From: Parcubacteria group bacterium GW2011_GWA2_43_13
GTDB lineage: Bacteria; Patescibacteriota; Patescibacteriia; UBA9629; GWA2-43-13
Direction of reading: 5' to 3'
Assembly: GCA_000999025.1 (NCBI GenBank)
Contig: LCFM01000004.1
Location: 1,925 to 65,924, forward strand
Length of the DNA stretch: 64,000 nucleotides
In this document: positions 50,201 to 58,324 of the stretch, piece by piece
Numbering within the stretch: the first letter of the stretch is position 1
How the letters are laid out: each line of letters begins with the position of its first letter
Notes under the pieces: generated by a model
The model's database searches: none
Seen by the model: only the letters and a program-made list of their open reading frames with translations
Told to the model about the DNA's origin: nothing
Program-made: the position numbers and the translations under genes

Positions 50201-50820
50201 TCTGATTTGTATCTGGAAAGCGTGCTGGTGCGGTTTAATTTAAATTCAAAATCAACAAGATTTTTTAACGACGTTTCTTTGATATTTTTTTTAATGTCAG
50301 AAAATGAACATTTTGGTTTACGAGCTGGCTGATCTCGATACGGCGATACCTTACCGACATTCAACGTAAGATTCAATTTTAAAGCAGGATCAAACGGCTC
50401 GCATAACCCGTTATCCAAAAACCCGCCTTCTTTGGCAAGGGTATCAAGCATATCGCCAAACGCGCCGTCTCCTAAATTCTGCCAATAATTTTTATCAAAC
50501 TTAAAACACGGCTGTTGACCAGAACACCCGCCAGAAATACGCATTGCCGCATCGCGCGCGAATTGCCCCAAAAAATAACTCATGCCATTGCGATACGCAA
50601 TCGCTCCTGCCTTTTTCCATGCATCTTCTGCTATTTTTGATCCTTTTGTCCACGCAAATTCAGCAACATCAGCAATTTTTTGACCAATAGTAACCGCGGT
50701 ATGGCCAATATCAGTCACTACTCCTCCAAATTGGGCATATGCCTGTGGAGCACTGCTAAAAAACACGATACTCATCATCGTACATACTATAATAAAAGAT
50801 ACTGCGAATTTCTGTTTCAT
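41212..50820 (-). CDS. Giant secreted Cys-rich protein (3202 aa) with CBM-like beta-sandwich modules and a C-terminal PKD-like domain
   Basis: Signal peptide (AYA-Q); dense Cys; NFDFE..PDGW, YVVSGWV..FDDIQI; IDWGDG..H.Y. Confidence 0.85.
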   Translation of the reverse strand: MKQKFAVSFIIVCTMMSIVFFSSAPQAYAQFGGVVTDIGHTAVTIGQKIADVAEFAWTKGSKIAEDAWKKAGAIAYRNGMSYFLGQFARDAAMRISGGCSGQQPCFKFDKNYWQNLGDGAFGDMLDTLAKEGGFLDNGLCEPFDPALKLNLTLNVGKVSPYRDQPARKPKCSFSDIKKNIKETSLKNLVDFEFKLNRTSTLSRYKSEITDIIKNDKKIGDAARARLLKVGETLQGATDVLTKVVEDLSAQKLDEAGANKRFVSIISSMLDAGVLLNKNYIQTYNFGYLYYGDSLKLEDYFRQIYISKEICPASYLEDPDSPCATVANEVALYFQIEQERTKSFLQPSTFTGAEKYIEYLESLTNNPATPATYGYAVQENFFSTLFSNKDFTVIQPFCVRATEGQDVCKTQINEYLNRFDGWFKELYGMVDTMNDDRRRGALKPTTPGSELADLSKMFNPESNPIGAQLKLTSEANNKAAKEVEKSKYFQGLQGVTDSITSTVSGVVKTPSTLVNALGVESLKQSNNQFAQYTGVAIADAVGIFTNTLVSQLVKKYYDGPGLNTNLATAQQATQKGAIPALGGVKVAQKRFASLAAPAYKSATSIDAVTLLSRSSSSGNGFTEYNENIIDSGFAEAVKQELTVKEAIEKNLLHADWKFGYEKKDIEPKVGNGYPYRSLALLRHYRIIPVSWELAAEYINRYDSPKTLGDLMFAFDKPAKNVLPIEGASASENATGMQINLPSSKDYTRDFYVGQSLIFVPNDDDAVQCTTRVVGVNPGTVTVLSVADIVCGGSTLVVPREGKAGKVVPFSDNPYFGLINPQWVLKAPQVQCAATGAGEQIISRQEEENKSDPKKAKSIAIQRADYCADEQTCVLEDDKGNCKRYGYCTLEKYQWQFGDQNKACRPEYASCETFKDSKKQQVSYLKSTLDTTGCKDDSSIGCRELLRVSNPDVKGMSVPKISSSIAIQLENTSTPLLDSAFTSIPGTEADGVFWCTVAGGARCQIGVGEDSCEIRDAGGELVSTCSVAGSDANAIIHLNAKAQSCKPTSAGCQRYVRVVPKRDDQDKLILPSAGQITQLITANAEQGDYSTEVEGFRSTEELFLNSKRAMCRGTEAIGCQAFIPHNTSNPVTVYAKLVQGDQCVAQCVGFNDYIESPTRLDPGYKTVSFIPIGDNGGKVCNATAVGCEEFTNVNAENLGTSEAREYYTNTRWCANVSQTVADSEDRVKKRYFVWEGADIFGFQLRAVDLLQSNINNSPCTNPAMRDEGTVCADTVATQAVCSPDTTATNPDCREFIDSQGRNVFILQSKTVPVSNDCRLLRRTTTGERMNILPSASAKCSATDNMCRRYEGPKAGNVQMIFKSDFNTGTSPWEGGMLATESDGETQSLALPSGTGGAKLPSTGFSSILQTGREYSVTILYKISSASAVSSFLSIDQYPRVTLPYGPAETDVSETLLIPDNEWHTATLGPLVYKNALSDEGMQSVNQFVMYFSYPDAGSARLLIDQIQMSTRTDVFYRVRDSWSPVPKICIDQAYQGCSAYSTRMPGVSAKTNVYLYKFSQPCPESDVGCEALINTNNNTAIEEEVHFEGEDRLTLIPQDFVEVVKVTPEAQCQSSEMGCMLYAQPNIENKQQSDGALSPALVGFNPVALIERPDQYDRIVCSEKSSMCQQYTVMKKNQDGKLVESGTALFKAPQGQVCEFNGDAWLIKGTSSPCPVATLQPIGARSSNEYTQPSDGYAGLCPQQEASCTEVREEKDLTSQFITLGTGLQNGAACTDIDLSFGSCRAFRTFIAPLPFENENRKEYWERVATEGAQRQAESVRVENDRVCGEWLECRSGATTIGADGKEKQVCFDRFACRDWGENGECTDIVDDSDISRSFIYAQPAIADSIGTGFTGGGDFEEFTRRSGLARPGLVFNTGQTISGSYHPNAMSVEGDSASVLNFDFEKDVNEDNFPDGWIIQKPCEGSCSLDTKEVKSGVRSLRIGSVTSDASSREILQNRYSADIQLFGVPGKFVFTGEAQSYAGAPGSIDIRYRFFYAGKDAAGKYIAPNDVTREGWRAGDEKALDTTATTETITLAPSEKKSFSHIIDVPRGDFSNTFVIVDVIKKTEGVFSLRNTRFVPYNGLTRVFNFEQNVPNNVLNQMPNASSQPTGPVNWYKSVGCTNCKLVSSDGGQAFQIGKITSSERVCDGDAGTNKGAVCTKDTDCSGLGARCGVEKAEVAMVLDEMKAGESYSIKGKIKGTGTLKVELHKNPNEDELKNSYDTGSTGLGAFVSGLDVSSTGDTWKTFTITFLKVDSVESRKLAVRFQRADSGATALIIDDVVFSNTSRLEYSDIIWYEQSVCDGKCDLIRGSDVDIAAFLQTVASSEGEQTGMSTRVSNIRGNTTYVVSGWVNTRNLDQSTVGTDRAQTLVKVVQFNNDRAPESGNSGAVGSVLAVDTSNFTLGNQWQFFAKDFTTHSTTRSLRIDLMQDITGSVVFDDIQIRPVLRVAKETERPLLDSAPSCRLYPASSALQCDAIDDRGQYVRGWKGLCMERDPANPAVCIQWYPVDVIKDETNIFTKPENIGYQGPGPVYHCAVAKEKPLPPRYDVPRFVCVAFRGNPLDKDAGCWKFAIASDPKPAFYSLSEDDWLLGDSVNVFNPHLTANASGRIGVESTGADDGEVKGGCLEVTGKESSDDNRIKTLQFSSSSDCASSSDSSCYTDKLLEVYHKAAIYEWSDDTNFCDDDDHSGYDPRESYCAEPYCTGSSDAVFDGFTKLTTHAGVRDRVMDRFLVLEGVSTLKKVQRISRPLYCAELVKTVDDDGTNAAWASRMQGTYTLEKPVQFGVNTQCLPFSAAPAIDRPSDILRTLDTNNDFVPDQIIQSPLLLFSSGDTQNNEQAKLCTETHRGNMAFAYDATINTCVGGARDGSVCFTPKDCPGGSCPAGNVCTKGAKDKLGKSCKISSNCETSTPPKPADEPPGVCTPTTIVAPSTTLASTTLASTGLNRIFSVFSKIFERFKWDDGIQGYRSEGGVVDKRGMLVCSSNRQFCSDVLGSPCALDSSCALGSSCDKGKGTCKYYAPQILEVQANGVKIGQKSAITPTPVVSIGEQRSVQLAFTTNVPIDHLPIKAIEIDWGDGSFTRQTNLAIDQRRDMASPHRYTHVYGSGVVGTDIKIRIRVTDNWGWCNGADNISEPASGAGNWGSDCDQNDNTFFSLPVKIQE

Positions 50821-50840
50821 GGATATACTGTTAAGCGACT

Positions 50841-50910
50841 GAATACCTCACCCCAACCCTCTCCTTATAAAGGAGAGGGGGGCGTATTCCCTCCCTTATA
50901 CTAAGGAAGA
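50841..50910. repeat. CCCTCTCC..GGAGAGGG element (intergenic)
   Basis: gaatacctcaccccaaCCCTCTCCTTataAAGGAGAGGGgggcgtattccctcccttatactaaggaag. Confidence 0.85.
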
Positions 50911-50916
50911 AGCACG

Positions 50917-53900
50917 CTACTGCACTTGTATATACTTTACATTACTCGCTGTGCCATCCCGATTCACAATTTTCACTATATGCCTACCCCGCGCAAGTTC
51001 GCCAAGCGGAATCCGCACAAACACTACCGTCGGAGTTGAATAAATGGTCGGAACCGGCTTTGTGTCCACATACGCCAGTGCTCCTTGCCGAAACTGACTC
51101 CCGGAAAGCGTAATAGGCACTGTTTGCGATCTACTATTTACCTGATACTTGGGAAACGTTGTTTGACTTACAAACTCAATCTTTGGAGGCGGCGCTTTCA
51201 CAATCAAAGGGTTATTAGCAAATGTCCCCCATGAGACAAATTCCGCCCCTTCCCATTCCACTCCCGGATACAGCAACACGCATCGCCGTGTATCATCAAT
51301 CATAGAACACGATTGATACTGGGGAATATCATTGTATTCGGTAACATCAAAATTATTCACCAACACACCTGACTCATCTCGATACTGCCCTTGCTCTATA
51401 AACGCAGTACCAAAGCTGTCTTCGTTTTGCTTATATTGTACCACACCAATATCAGTCGCGCGAAATCTCATATCATCAGCATCTTCTTTTGGGAAAAATG
51501 CCTGAACAGTTCGGACATGTTCTTCTGCTTCTGCCAGCGTTTGTGGCATGACACGCAGAGCTGTCGGCCTCACCTGCCATGAAGAAACTGAAATCCCAGG
51601 GACATATGTCGCGCCAAACATGGCATATGCAGGATCAAATCCTCCGGTGATCGTGGCAAGTACCTGATCACCAATTATTTTAAGTGAAGCGCTGGCAACA
51701 GTACGCAAATCTCTGCGATCATACCGGGTTGACGGCCGGGCTTGAGCAAACGCGCCGTCCCAATTACGCCAAACCACACTCTGCCTGCCAGGCGGAATAT
51801 GCACAGGAACAGTCATCCTTCCGCGCGCATCATATGCCGGAGTAACATACCCCTCTACTCCTTGTGTTACTGATTCATCTTTTATGCGCCATTTATAAAT
51901 ATCAATAGTCGGCGTTTTGCGAGCAAGATCTATAAACGCGGAATTGATATTCTTGTCCGCAAAAAATGCTTCCCCTTCAAACACAACAGAACGAGGTTGA
52001 TCAATGAGCACAGTATCAGGAGCGAGTGAAAAAATACGAGGCAAACGATAAAAATATGACGATGATTGCTTAAGCAGAGCAATGATATCACTCCCCTTTT
52101 TTGTTGTATCAACATTTGGCACAGGATGGCTCACAGCGCCGTCGGATCGGATGACTTTCACAATACCCCCCCAATCCTTTTTTTCTGCGCTATCATCAGG
52201 TACGGAAACACGAATCCTGCGATTATTCCATGCGAATACCGTTGCTTTCACTCCGACATCTTCAATACCCGGGTATATACCAAAACGCACTTCTCCCGGA
52301 GTACATGTCGCGCTATTCCCACAAAAGTCAGTTCCCCAAATATCAATAATCTGTTTACGCACAGCATGGTTCGGGCTTAACTTTTGGATCGTCGGGCTTA
52401 CAGTAAACGGAGACGATGCTCTCCCCGCGTACCCCACTTGACCAGTAAACGCAACAACGGAAAGTGATCCGGAAATTGCATCAAATGGCACCCCGACTTC
52501 AATAGCAGTATCTGTCCATGAAATCACGTCTAACTGCTTTGTATCATTAAACAATATAAAACCTTTATACGTTGATGGTCCAAAATGACAGCCAGAAATC
52601 GTAAGAGTTGATTCACTGTTCCGCTTGCCGACTCGGTCATACCCAACATACTGCGACAATGCCGATACATTTGTAATTTGAGGAGCTGGGTTATTTGCAA
52701 CGCACGAAGATGTCGGAGCTGTTGAAGAAGATGACACAACGGTCTGCTCGCGAACAGTCGCCGCATCAGCGCTTGCGTGCGTTATCAATGGAATATTAAC
52801 CCGCGCTGTGCCGTAATCCAAAAACTCATGCACAAAATGATCAGAAGTGCACCCTTTAGCATTGCACACAAGCAACGGATCTAATGCGCCATCAGGCGCT
52901 GTAACAACAAGTTGCGTCGCATCCGCATTCAATGTCCCAATCGCGGATTTGGGACCAAAATATGTTTGTGTCCCTAAATTTCTACCCCTCACTGTTACCG
53001 ATACACCTGCGTAGTGATACCGAGGAGTTACACTTGAAAGTTCAGGAAGCCCAAGCGTCTGCTGGTAGGACGGGATATCTTGAATGTAAAAATCTGATTG
53101 CGATGTAACACATCCAATCGTTGTGCATACCTTCACCTTGCCTGTTGTGGCACCTATCGGCACTTCTACTTGCAGCCATTCCAAACCACTGCTTCCGCTT
53201 GTACCACTTGTAATCACTCGTGCAGGCGTTGTATTCACAGAAACCTGAATAAGAGAAGTATGCGCGTTATTCAAATGATACCCATAGATAAAAAATTCTT
53301 TTGAAGGTCCGGCGCTTGCGCCCCAATTTGGATCAAAGTAAAAAATCGCCGGCTCATACGATATGCCAAAAGAAGTTGAAGAAAGCGCTGTCGCGCCAAC
53401 TGCGCCTCCGCACGCGACAGCTTTAATTTTACCAGATTGCGCTCCAAGAGGAACTAATGGATAAATCTCACGTGGATTCCATGGTTGATCAATACTATAA
53501 AACGGAGCAATAGCGCCGCCGGCTCCTTCACTATCCGCGCCAAATAACACTTCAAGCGCGCTTCTGTCTGGCCCAAAACTTCCGCTTAATTTTACAACCG
53601 TGCCTGACGAGCCATGATCAGGTGAAAATTCGCTAATAATAAGACCGCTCACAGATCCTGTAATTTTGGGCACCACCAAAAAATCGCCATACACTCCTTT
53701 ACGCGCGTCAGACACAGCATCAGATGGAATAATATTTTGAACAGTAATCTCTTTTGAACACAATGGAGTCAGCGGATCAAGTGTTATACGAACTTCGCTG
53801 TTTGAACTACTCACAATCGGCTGAACAATACCACCGAGTTTTACCTGAATATTTGATGTGTATAATTGTGATCCTGTAATTCTAATAATGTCATCGCCAC

Positions 53901-54585
53901 TCCCTGTTTTTGCTCCGGAATCAACTCCTGTTGATGTAAATTTTGTCGCGCTTGAAAGTACCGGCTTTGCCTCGCACCATCCATAATCAATTCGCGCTGG
54001 AGATGAACATGAATTGTCATCAAATTGCCATTGTTCAAGATACCCCACAAATCCGCCTGAAAACATAGATGAACACAACCCGGTTGAAGCGCGCGCAGTT
54101 GAAGTATGATAATCGCTTCCATCGCGAGTTCCGTTATAGGGGGGCAATGTTGACGGCTCATACACTGTTATGCCTTGAGACAAAGAATGAGCAGGATCTG
54201 TTGCAGTAAGAATTCTGCCACACGCTGTGCCGTCTATAATATAATATTCATAATATTCATAATAATCAGAGTCATCTACCGTACCTGTTGCCACTTGCAC
54301 TAATGTGCCGTCAGTAATTGAAACAGACCAACCTAAAAGATCTAAATTCTCGCCCACAACACGAATACGAGACCATGTTTGATTTTCTGTTACTGATGGC
54401 CCCTCAATTCTTATTACTGATGGCGCGGGTGGCGGTGTTGGCGCGCTTTGAACAATGGAGTTCCATAGAAACGCGCCTCCTATAAACACAAGACAAAAAA
54501 TTCCGATACCAATCATAACCGGATGAGAATGACGCGTATCATTGTTCTGTGTATCTACCATGGGGACATTAAGAGATGGACGCAC
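50917..54585 (-). CDS. Membrane-anchored multi-IPT/TIG-domain surface protein
   Basis: Repeated P.I....P..G..G..V.I.G..F..V.F..W....I.V.VP..A..G motifs. Confidence 0.8.
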   Translation of the reverse strand: MRPSLNVPMVDTQNNDTRHSHPVMIGIGIFCLVFIGGAFLWNSIVQSAPTPPPAPSVIRIEGPSVTENQTWSRIRVVGENLDLLGWSVSITDGTLVQVATGTVDDSDYYEYYEYYIIDGTACGRILTATDPAHSLSQGITVYEPSTLPPYNGTRDGSDYHTSTARASTGLCSSMFSGGFVGYLEQWQFDDNSCSSPARIDYGWCEAKPVLSSATKFTSTGVDSGAKTGSGDDIIRITGSQLYTSNIQVKLGGIVQPIVSSSNSEVRITLDPLTPLCSKEITVQNIIPSDAVSDARKGVYGDFLVVPKITGSVSGLIISEFSPDHGSSGTVVKLSGSFGPDRSALEVLFGADSEGAGGAIAPFYSIDQPWNPREIYPLVPLGAQSGKIKAVACGGAVGATALSSTSFGISYEPAIFYFDPNWGASAGPSKEFFIYGYHLNNAHTSLIQVSVNTTPARVITSGTSGSSGLEWLQVEVPIGATTGKVKVCTTIGCVTSQSDFYIQDIPSYQQTLGLPELSSVTPRYHYAGVSVTVRGRNLGTQTYFGPKSAIGTLNADATQLVVTAPDGALDPLLVCNAKGCTSDHFVHEFLDYGTARVNIPLITHASADAATVREQTVVSSSSTAPTSSCVANNPAPQITNVSALSQYVGYDRVGKRNSESTLTISGCHFGPSTYKGFILFNDTKQLDVISWTDTAIEVGVPFDAISGSLSVVAFTGQVGYAGRASSPFTVSPTIQKLSPNHAVRKQIIDIWGTDFCGNSATCTPGEVRFGIYPGIEDVGVKATVFAWNNRRIRVSVPDDSAEKKDWGGIVKVIRSDGAVSHPVPNVDTTKKGSDIIALLKQSSSYFYRLPRIFSLAPDTVLIDQPRSVVFEGEAFFADKNINSAFIDLARKTPTIDIYKWRIKDESVTQGVEGYVTPAYDARGRMTVPVHIPPGRQSVVWRNWDGAFAQARPSTRYDRRDLRTVASASLKIIGDQVLATITGGFDPAYAMFGATYVPGISVSSWQVRPTALRVMPQTLAEAEEHVRTVQAFFPKEDADDMRFRATDIGVVQYKQNEDSFGTAFIEQGQYRDESGVLVNNFDVTEYNDIPQYQSCSMIDDTRRCVLLYPGVEWEGAEFVSWGTFANNPLIVKAPPPKIEFVSQTTFPKYQVNSRSQTVPITLSGSQFRQGALAYVDTKPVPTIYSTPTVVFVRIPLGELARGRHIVKIVNRDGTASNVKYIQVQ

Positions 54586-54587
54586 TA

Positions 54588-55304
54588 TTATTGCCCGCTT
54601 TGCGCATCTTTTTGCGCTTCTTCAAACAGCTTCATAATATCTGCATCGCTTGCGGCATCAACCTGTTCCGCAGGAATGCCCTGTTTTTTAAGTTCTGCCC
54701 GCACCATCTCAGGCGTAACTTGTTGAGAAGATGACTGTTGCGGAGACGGAGAAACCCCTTCTGCAGAAGTTCCTTGCCCTTGATTAGCGCCAAATTCAGC
54801 AAATAACTGCTGGTATGTCGCAAGAACTTCGGCATCACTTAATGTGGCTACCTGGTCACTTGGAAATCCGCTTTGAATTAAAATATCACGCAAATAAGCG
54901 ATATCAATGGTTCCACTGGCATTTTGATCAGACGACTGGATCGGTTCACGAGATACCCCACACTCGGTGCCAGCCGGACAATTGGGATCAGTGTTATTTT
55001 TAATTTCATCGCTATCTGAAATTTTATCGCCATCGGTGTCTGCCAAATAAGGTGATGTTCGATACGCGTTGATTTCAGCATAATCATTCAATCCGTCACC
55101 GTCAGTATCTTGCTGTTGTTGCTGAACATCACTAAATGTTGTGGTAGGCGCGGGTTGAGCAGAAGCAAAAATATCATCCGCGGATGTATCATTCGGATTC
55201 AGCCATAAATTCTTTTTCAACTGCGCGGTGCCAATAAAAAAACTGACAATACCAAGGCATGCAATAAATCCAAATACAACTTTTTGATGGAGAAGCGAAA
55301 TCAT
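54588..55304 (-). CDS. Membrane-anchored protein with bacterial thrombospondin type-3 Ca-binding repeats
   Basis: DTDGDGLND..E..Y.TSPYLADTDGDKISD..E...TDPNCP. Confidence 0.8.
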   Translation of the reverse strand: MISLLHQKVVFGFIACLGIVSFFIGTAQLKKNLWLNPNDTSADDIFASAQPAPTTTFSDVQQQQQDTDGDGLNDYAEINAYRTSPYLADTDGDKISDSDEIKNNTDPNCPAGTECGVSREPIQSSDQNASGTIDIAYLRDILIQSGFPSDQVATLSDAEVLATYQQLFAEFGANQGQGTSAEGVSPSPQQSSSQQVTPEMVRAELKKQGIPAEQVDAASDADIMKLFEEAQKDAQSGQ

Positions 55305-55308
55305 ATAA

Positions 55309-55447
55309 GCAATCCTCATCCGCCGACTGGCGGAACAAATGACATCCGAATCTACACATACGCCACGGAGACGGGGTAGAGCACCATCTCTACAAACGAT
55401 CCACCCGTATTCGTAGCATTCGGATATCATTCGTAAATTAGGATTGT
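55309..55447. repeat. ~100-bp element, copy 4, enlarged by a nested TCCGCCGACTGGCGGA and a REP-like hairpin
   Basis: gcaatcctca[tccgccgactggcgga]acaaatgacatccgaatctac..[ggagacggggtagagcaccatctctac]..attcgtaaattaggattgt. Confidence 0.8.
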
Positions 55448-55495
55448 TATGTAGTATAGCAAAAATAAAACAATGAAGTAAGGGAACAACTCTCC

Positions 55496-56335
55496 TTACT
55501 TCTTACATCTTACTTCTTGCTCCTCCGCGATCCGCACCCACTCCCCCACACCCAATTCTTGCGGCCGGATAGAAGGATCAATGCCTACGGATTCAAGCAA
55601 GGCAACGGCTTCTGCAATAGTACAGTGCAGACCATTGGCAAGAGAATTTTTTAATTGTTTCCGTTTACCTGCAAACGCCATCCGTGCCACTTGAAAAATA
55701 CGTTCTTCAGTTCTTTGGTTCTCTTTGTCTTGAGTTTTTACATCAATAACGATAATAGCAGAATCAACCTCTGGAACCGGCCAAAAAGCAGTACGAGGAA
55801 CGTGAGCAACTATTCTTACATCTGCGTAATACTGTACTGATAACGCCAATAAACTCATCTTTCCGGGTTGCGCGCAAATCCGCTCCGCAACCTCTTTTTG
55901 CACCATCACCACCATCTGACTTGGTGTATGTTCGGCTGTTAAAAATGCTTTCAATATCGGCGATGTAATCGCATACGGCACATTTGCAACAATCTTATAA
56001 TTCGCATGTGTCATGTGTAATGTATCATTTGTCATGTGAAGAATATCTCCTTCAATAACCTTAAAATGTGCACTGCCCTTAAAACGATGCTCAAGATACC
56101 CAATCACCTTTTTTTCCAACTCAACAGCAATAACTCTCGCTCCTGTCTGAAGTAATTTTTCAGTGAGCACCCCAAACCCAGGCCCAACCTCAATAACAAC
56201 ATCATCAGAGGTCAATTCTGCCGACTGAACCATGATATCGCAGTAAGATTCGTCCAATAAAAAATTCTGCCCCTTGGATTTTGAAGGGACAATGCCATAT
56301 TCTGCGCATAATTTTTGTATCTCATCGCGGTACAT
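55496..56335 (-). CDS. rsmA: 16S rRNA dimethyltransferase RsmA/KsgA
   Basis: GQNFL, IEVGPGFG.LT, ANVPY.I, MVQKEVAER, F.P.P.VDS. Confidence 0.95.
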   Translation of the reverse strand: MYRDEIQKLCAEYGIVPSKSKGQNFLLDESYCDIMVQSAELTSDDVVIEVGPGFGVLTEKLLQTGARVIAVELEKKVIGYLEHRFKGSAHFKVIEGDILHMTNDTLHMTHANYKIVANVPYAITSPILKAFLTAEHTPSQMVVMVQKEVAERICAQPGKMSLLALSVQYYADVRIVAHVPRTAFWPVPEVDSAIIVIDVKTQDKENQRTEERIFQVARMAFAGKRKQLKNSLANGLHCTIAEAVALLESVGIDPSIRPQELGVGEWVRIAEEQEVRCKK

Positions 56336-56375
56336 AATAGAATCGTCGTGGCACAACACAGCAACATTTTTATAA

Positions 56376-57560
56376 TTATCGTAATGTATACAATAAACTA
56401 AACCCGGCCGCGATTAAAAATACTGCATTCCATGAATTTTCTCCAAAAATAGCGAGCGCTGACAATACTAAAATCACTGCGACGATTTTTCCAACAACAA
56501 GCGCCATCTCAAAAAAAACCACAGAACTCATCACGCTGGTTTTTTGCGCGCGGTTGTACACAAGAGCTGTCATGGGAACGGAAATGACATCTTTCATAAT
56601 ACGAGAAAGCGTATCAATCACAGCAACGCCAACAGGTCCGCCGACCAATGTCCGTAACACCCAGACCAAAGAATACATAACCGACCCAGCGCGCACAATA
56701 GAGCGTTTGTCCTTACGATCACTCATCTTGCCGATACATAATACAGTAAATGAGGTTACTAATGTCGCGCCGGCAACCACGCTCCCAACAGACAGTAAAT
56801 TACTTTTTACTGTTACAAACATAAATACCGGCCAAAGTGTGAGGACAATCAACTCCTCACCAAACCCGATATAAGAAAAAAACTCGCGCCATGTTTCTTT
56901 GGCAAACAGCCGACGGTATGCTCCTTGGTATGAAAAATTCGAAGGATCAAATTGTTCAGGCGTAACAAAAAGTGGAATATTGGAAAGCAAAATCAACAGA
57001 GCAACAACCATAAATAATGTCGGAAACCCTCCAAGCGTTGACATAATGCCGCCAAATAATGGGCCAAACACAAATACGAGCGAAACAATAACCGCCATAT
57101 TGCTGATTTCCCTGCCACGTTCGGCAGTAACACTATACAGCGCAAAATCAGCGTGATAGCTCGGCCAATAAAATGTTTTTTGAAGCGCATACATACACAC
57201 CGAAACAATGATAATCCACGGAACATACGATGACATGGCAAGTGATACAAAATATAAAATATGAAAAAGGGATCCAACGAAAATACTGTGTTCAAACCCT
57301 TTTTGTTTTGCGAATTTTGCGCCTAAAGGCATGAGAAAAAAATAAAGAACATACACTCCAAGATAAAAATACATGATCCATGAAAGCGAGTAGCCAAGGT
57401 TGTATAAATAAATCGGTTCAAAAATCATTACCATGGCAACAGCCAAATCCAAAATCGCTGTCGCGGTAAACAGTTCCAATACCTGGCTCCGCGCTTTCCG
57501 CGCAAAATAACTCGGGAAAACGCCTAAAAATGTATGGTGCAAATTGACGGGATGACTCAT
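56376..57560 (-). CDS. MFS transporter
   Basis: ~12 TM helices; GKMSDRKD motif A. Confidence 0.8.
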   Translation of the reverse strand: MSHPVNLHHTFLGVFPSYFARKARSQVLELFTATAILDLAVAMVMIFEPIYLYNLGYSLSWIMYFYLGVYVLYFFLMPLGAKFAKQKGFEHSIFVGSLFHILYFVSLAMSSYVPWIIIVSVCMYALQKTFYWPSYHADFALYSVTAERGREISNMAVIVSLVFVFGPLFGGIMSTLGGFPTLFMVVALLILLSNIPLFVTPEQFDPSNFSYQGAYRRLFAKETWREFFSYIGFGEELIVLTLWPVFMFVTVKSNLLSVGSVVAGATLVTSFTVLCIGKMSDRKDKRSIVRAGSVMYSLVWVLRTLVGGPVGVAVIDTLSRIMKDVISVPMTALVYNRAQKTSVMSSVVFFEMALVVGKIVAVILVLSALAIFGENSWNAVFLIAAGFSLLYTLR

Positions 57561-57644
57561 ATAAAAACCCACTGCCAAATATCAGTTTTCAGTTTTCAAA
57601 TATCAAATCCACCTTGGTTAAAAATTTAAAAACTAACATTTGGT

Positions 57645-58307
57645 TCACACGTTAATACTGCCTTGTCGTATCACCCCCACCCGATCCCCTATAACTTTCG
57701 CCAGAGTACTCACCTCGCCTTCATGCAACATTCCTCCATCAACAATCCCATCGGGTTGAATATCATGCCCTTCATACTGCGCTTGAATTTCATCTACAGT
57801 ATAACATGTTTTCATGCCTGTTACATTGGCAGACGGAGCTGTGATCGGCTTGCCTAATTGAGTAATAATATGTTGACAAACCTCGTTTGATGTCCAACGG
57901 ACGCCGATAGTGTTGTCTGCGAGGTTCAAATACGATGACAATAACCCTCCCTCACCTTCCCTTATGCGTAAGAGAGGGAACGCTCCCTCCCACTTTCGCG
58001 AAAGTGGGGGCTGGGGGGAGTTATTTCGCCTATAAAGCACCAAAGTCAGTGGCCCGGGCCAGTATTTTTGTGCTAATTCCAACGCCTTATCGGAAAACTC
58101 CGCATACCGCATCGCCATTTCCAAAGAATTCACCAATACCAAAATGGGCTTAGCTTCACTCCGCCCTTTGATTGTATAAATTTTTTGCACTGCCGTATCA
58201 TTCGTCGCGTCAGTGACCAGCCCATACGCCGTCTCCGTCGGCACCGCGACCACACCGCCATTTTGAATAATTTCCAGCGCCCGGACCTGCGAAATAATCG
58301 GAGCCAT
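57645..58307 (-). CDS. tsaC: L-threonylcarbamoyladenylate synthase (YrdC/Sua5), with an in-frame repeat insert
   Basis: PTETAYGL, KGR...KP, WPGPLTLV, PITAPSAN. Confidence 0.93.
   Translation of the reverse strand: MAPIISQVRALEIIQNGGVVAVPTETAYGLVTDATNDTAVQKIYTIKGRSEAKPILVLVNSLEMAMRYAEFSDKALELAQKYWPGPLTLVLYRRNNSPQPPLSRKWEGAFPLLRIREGEGGLLSSYLNLADNTIGVRWTSNEVCQHIITQLGKPITAPSANVTGMKTCYTVDEIQAQYEGHDIQPDGIVDGGMLHEGEVSTLAKVIGDRVGVIRQGSINV
57943..58022. repeat. Double CCCTCC-type palindrome in-frame in tsaC
   Basis: Encodes NSPQPPLSRKWEGAFPLLRIREGEGGL. Confidence 0.8.
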
Positions 58308-58324
58308 ATATCATCTTTCAATGT

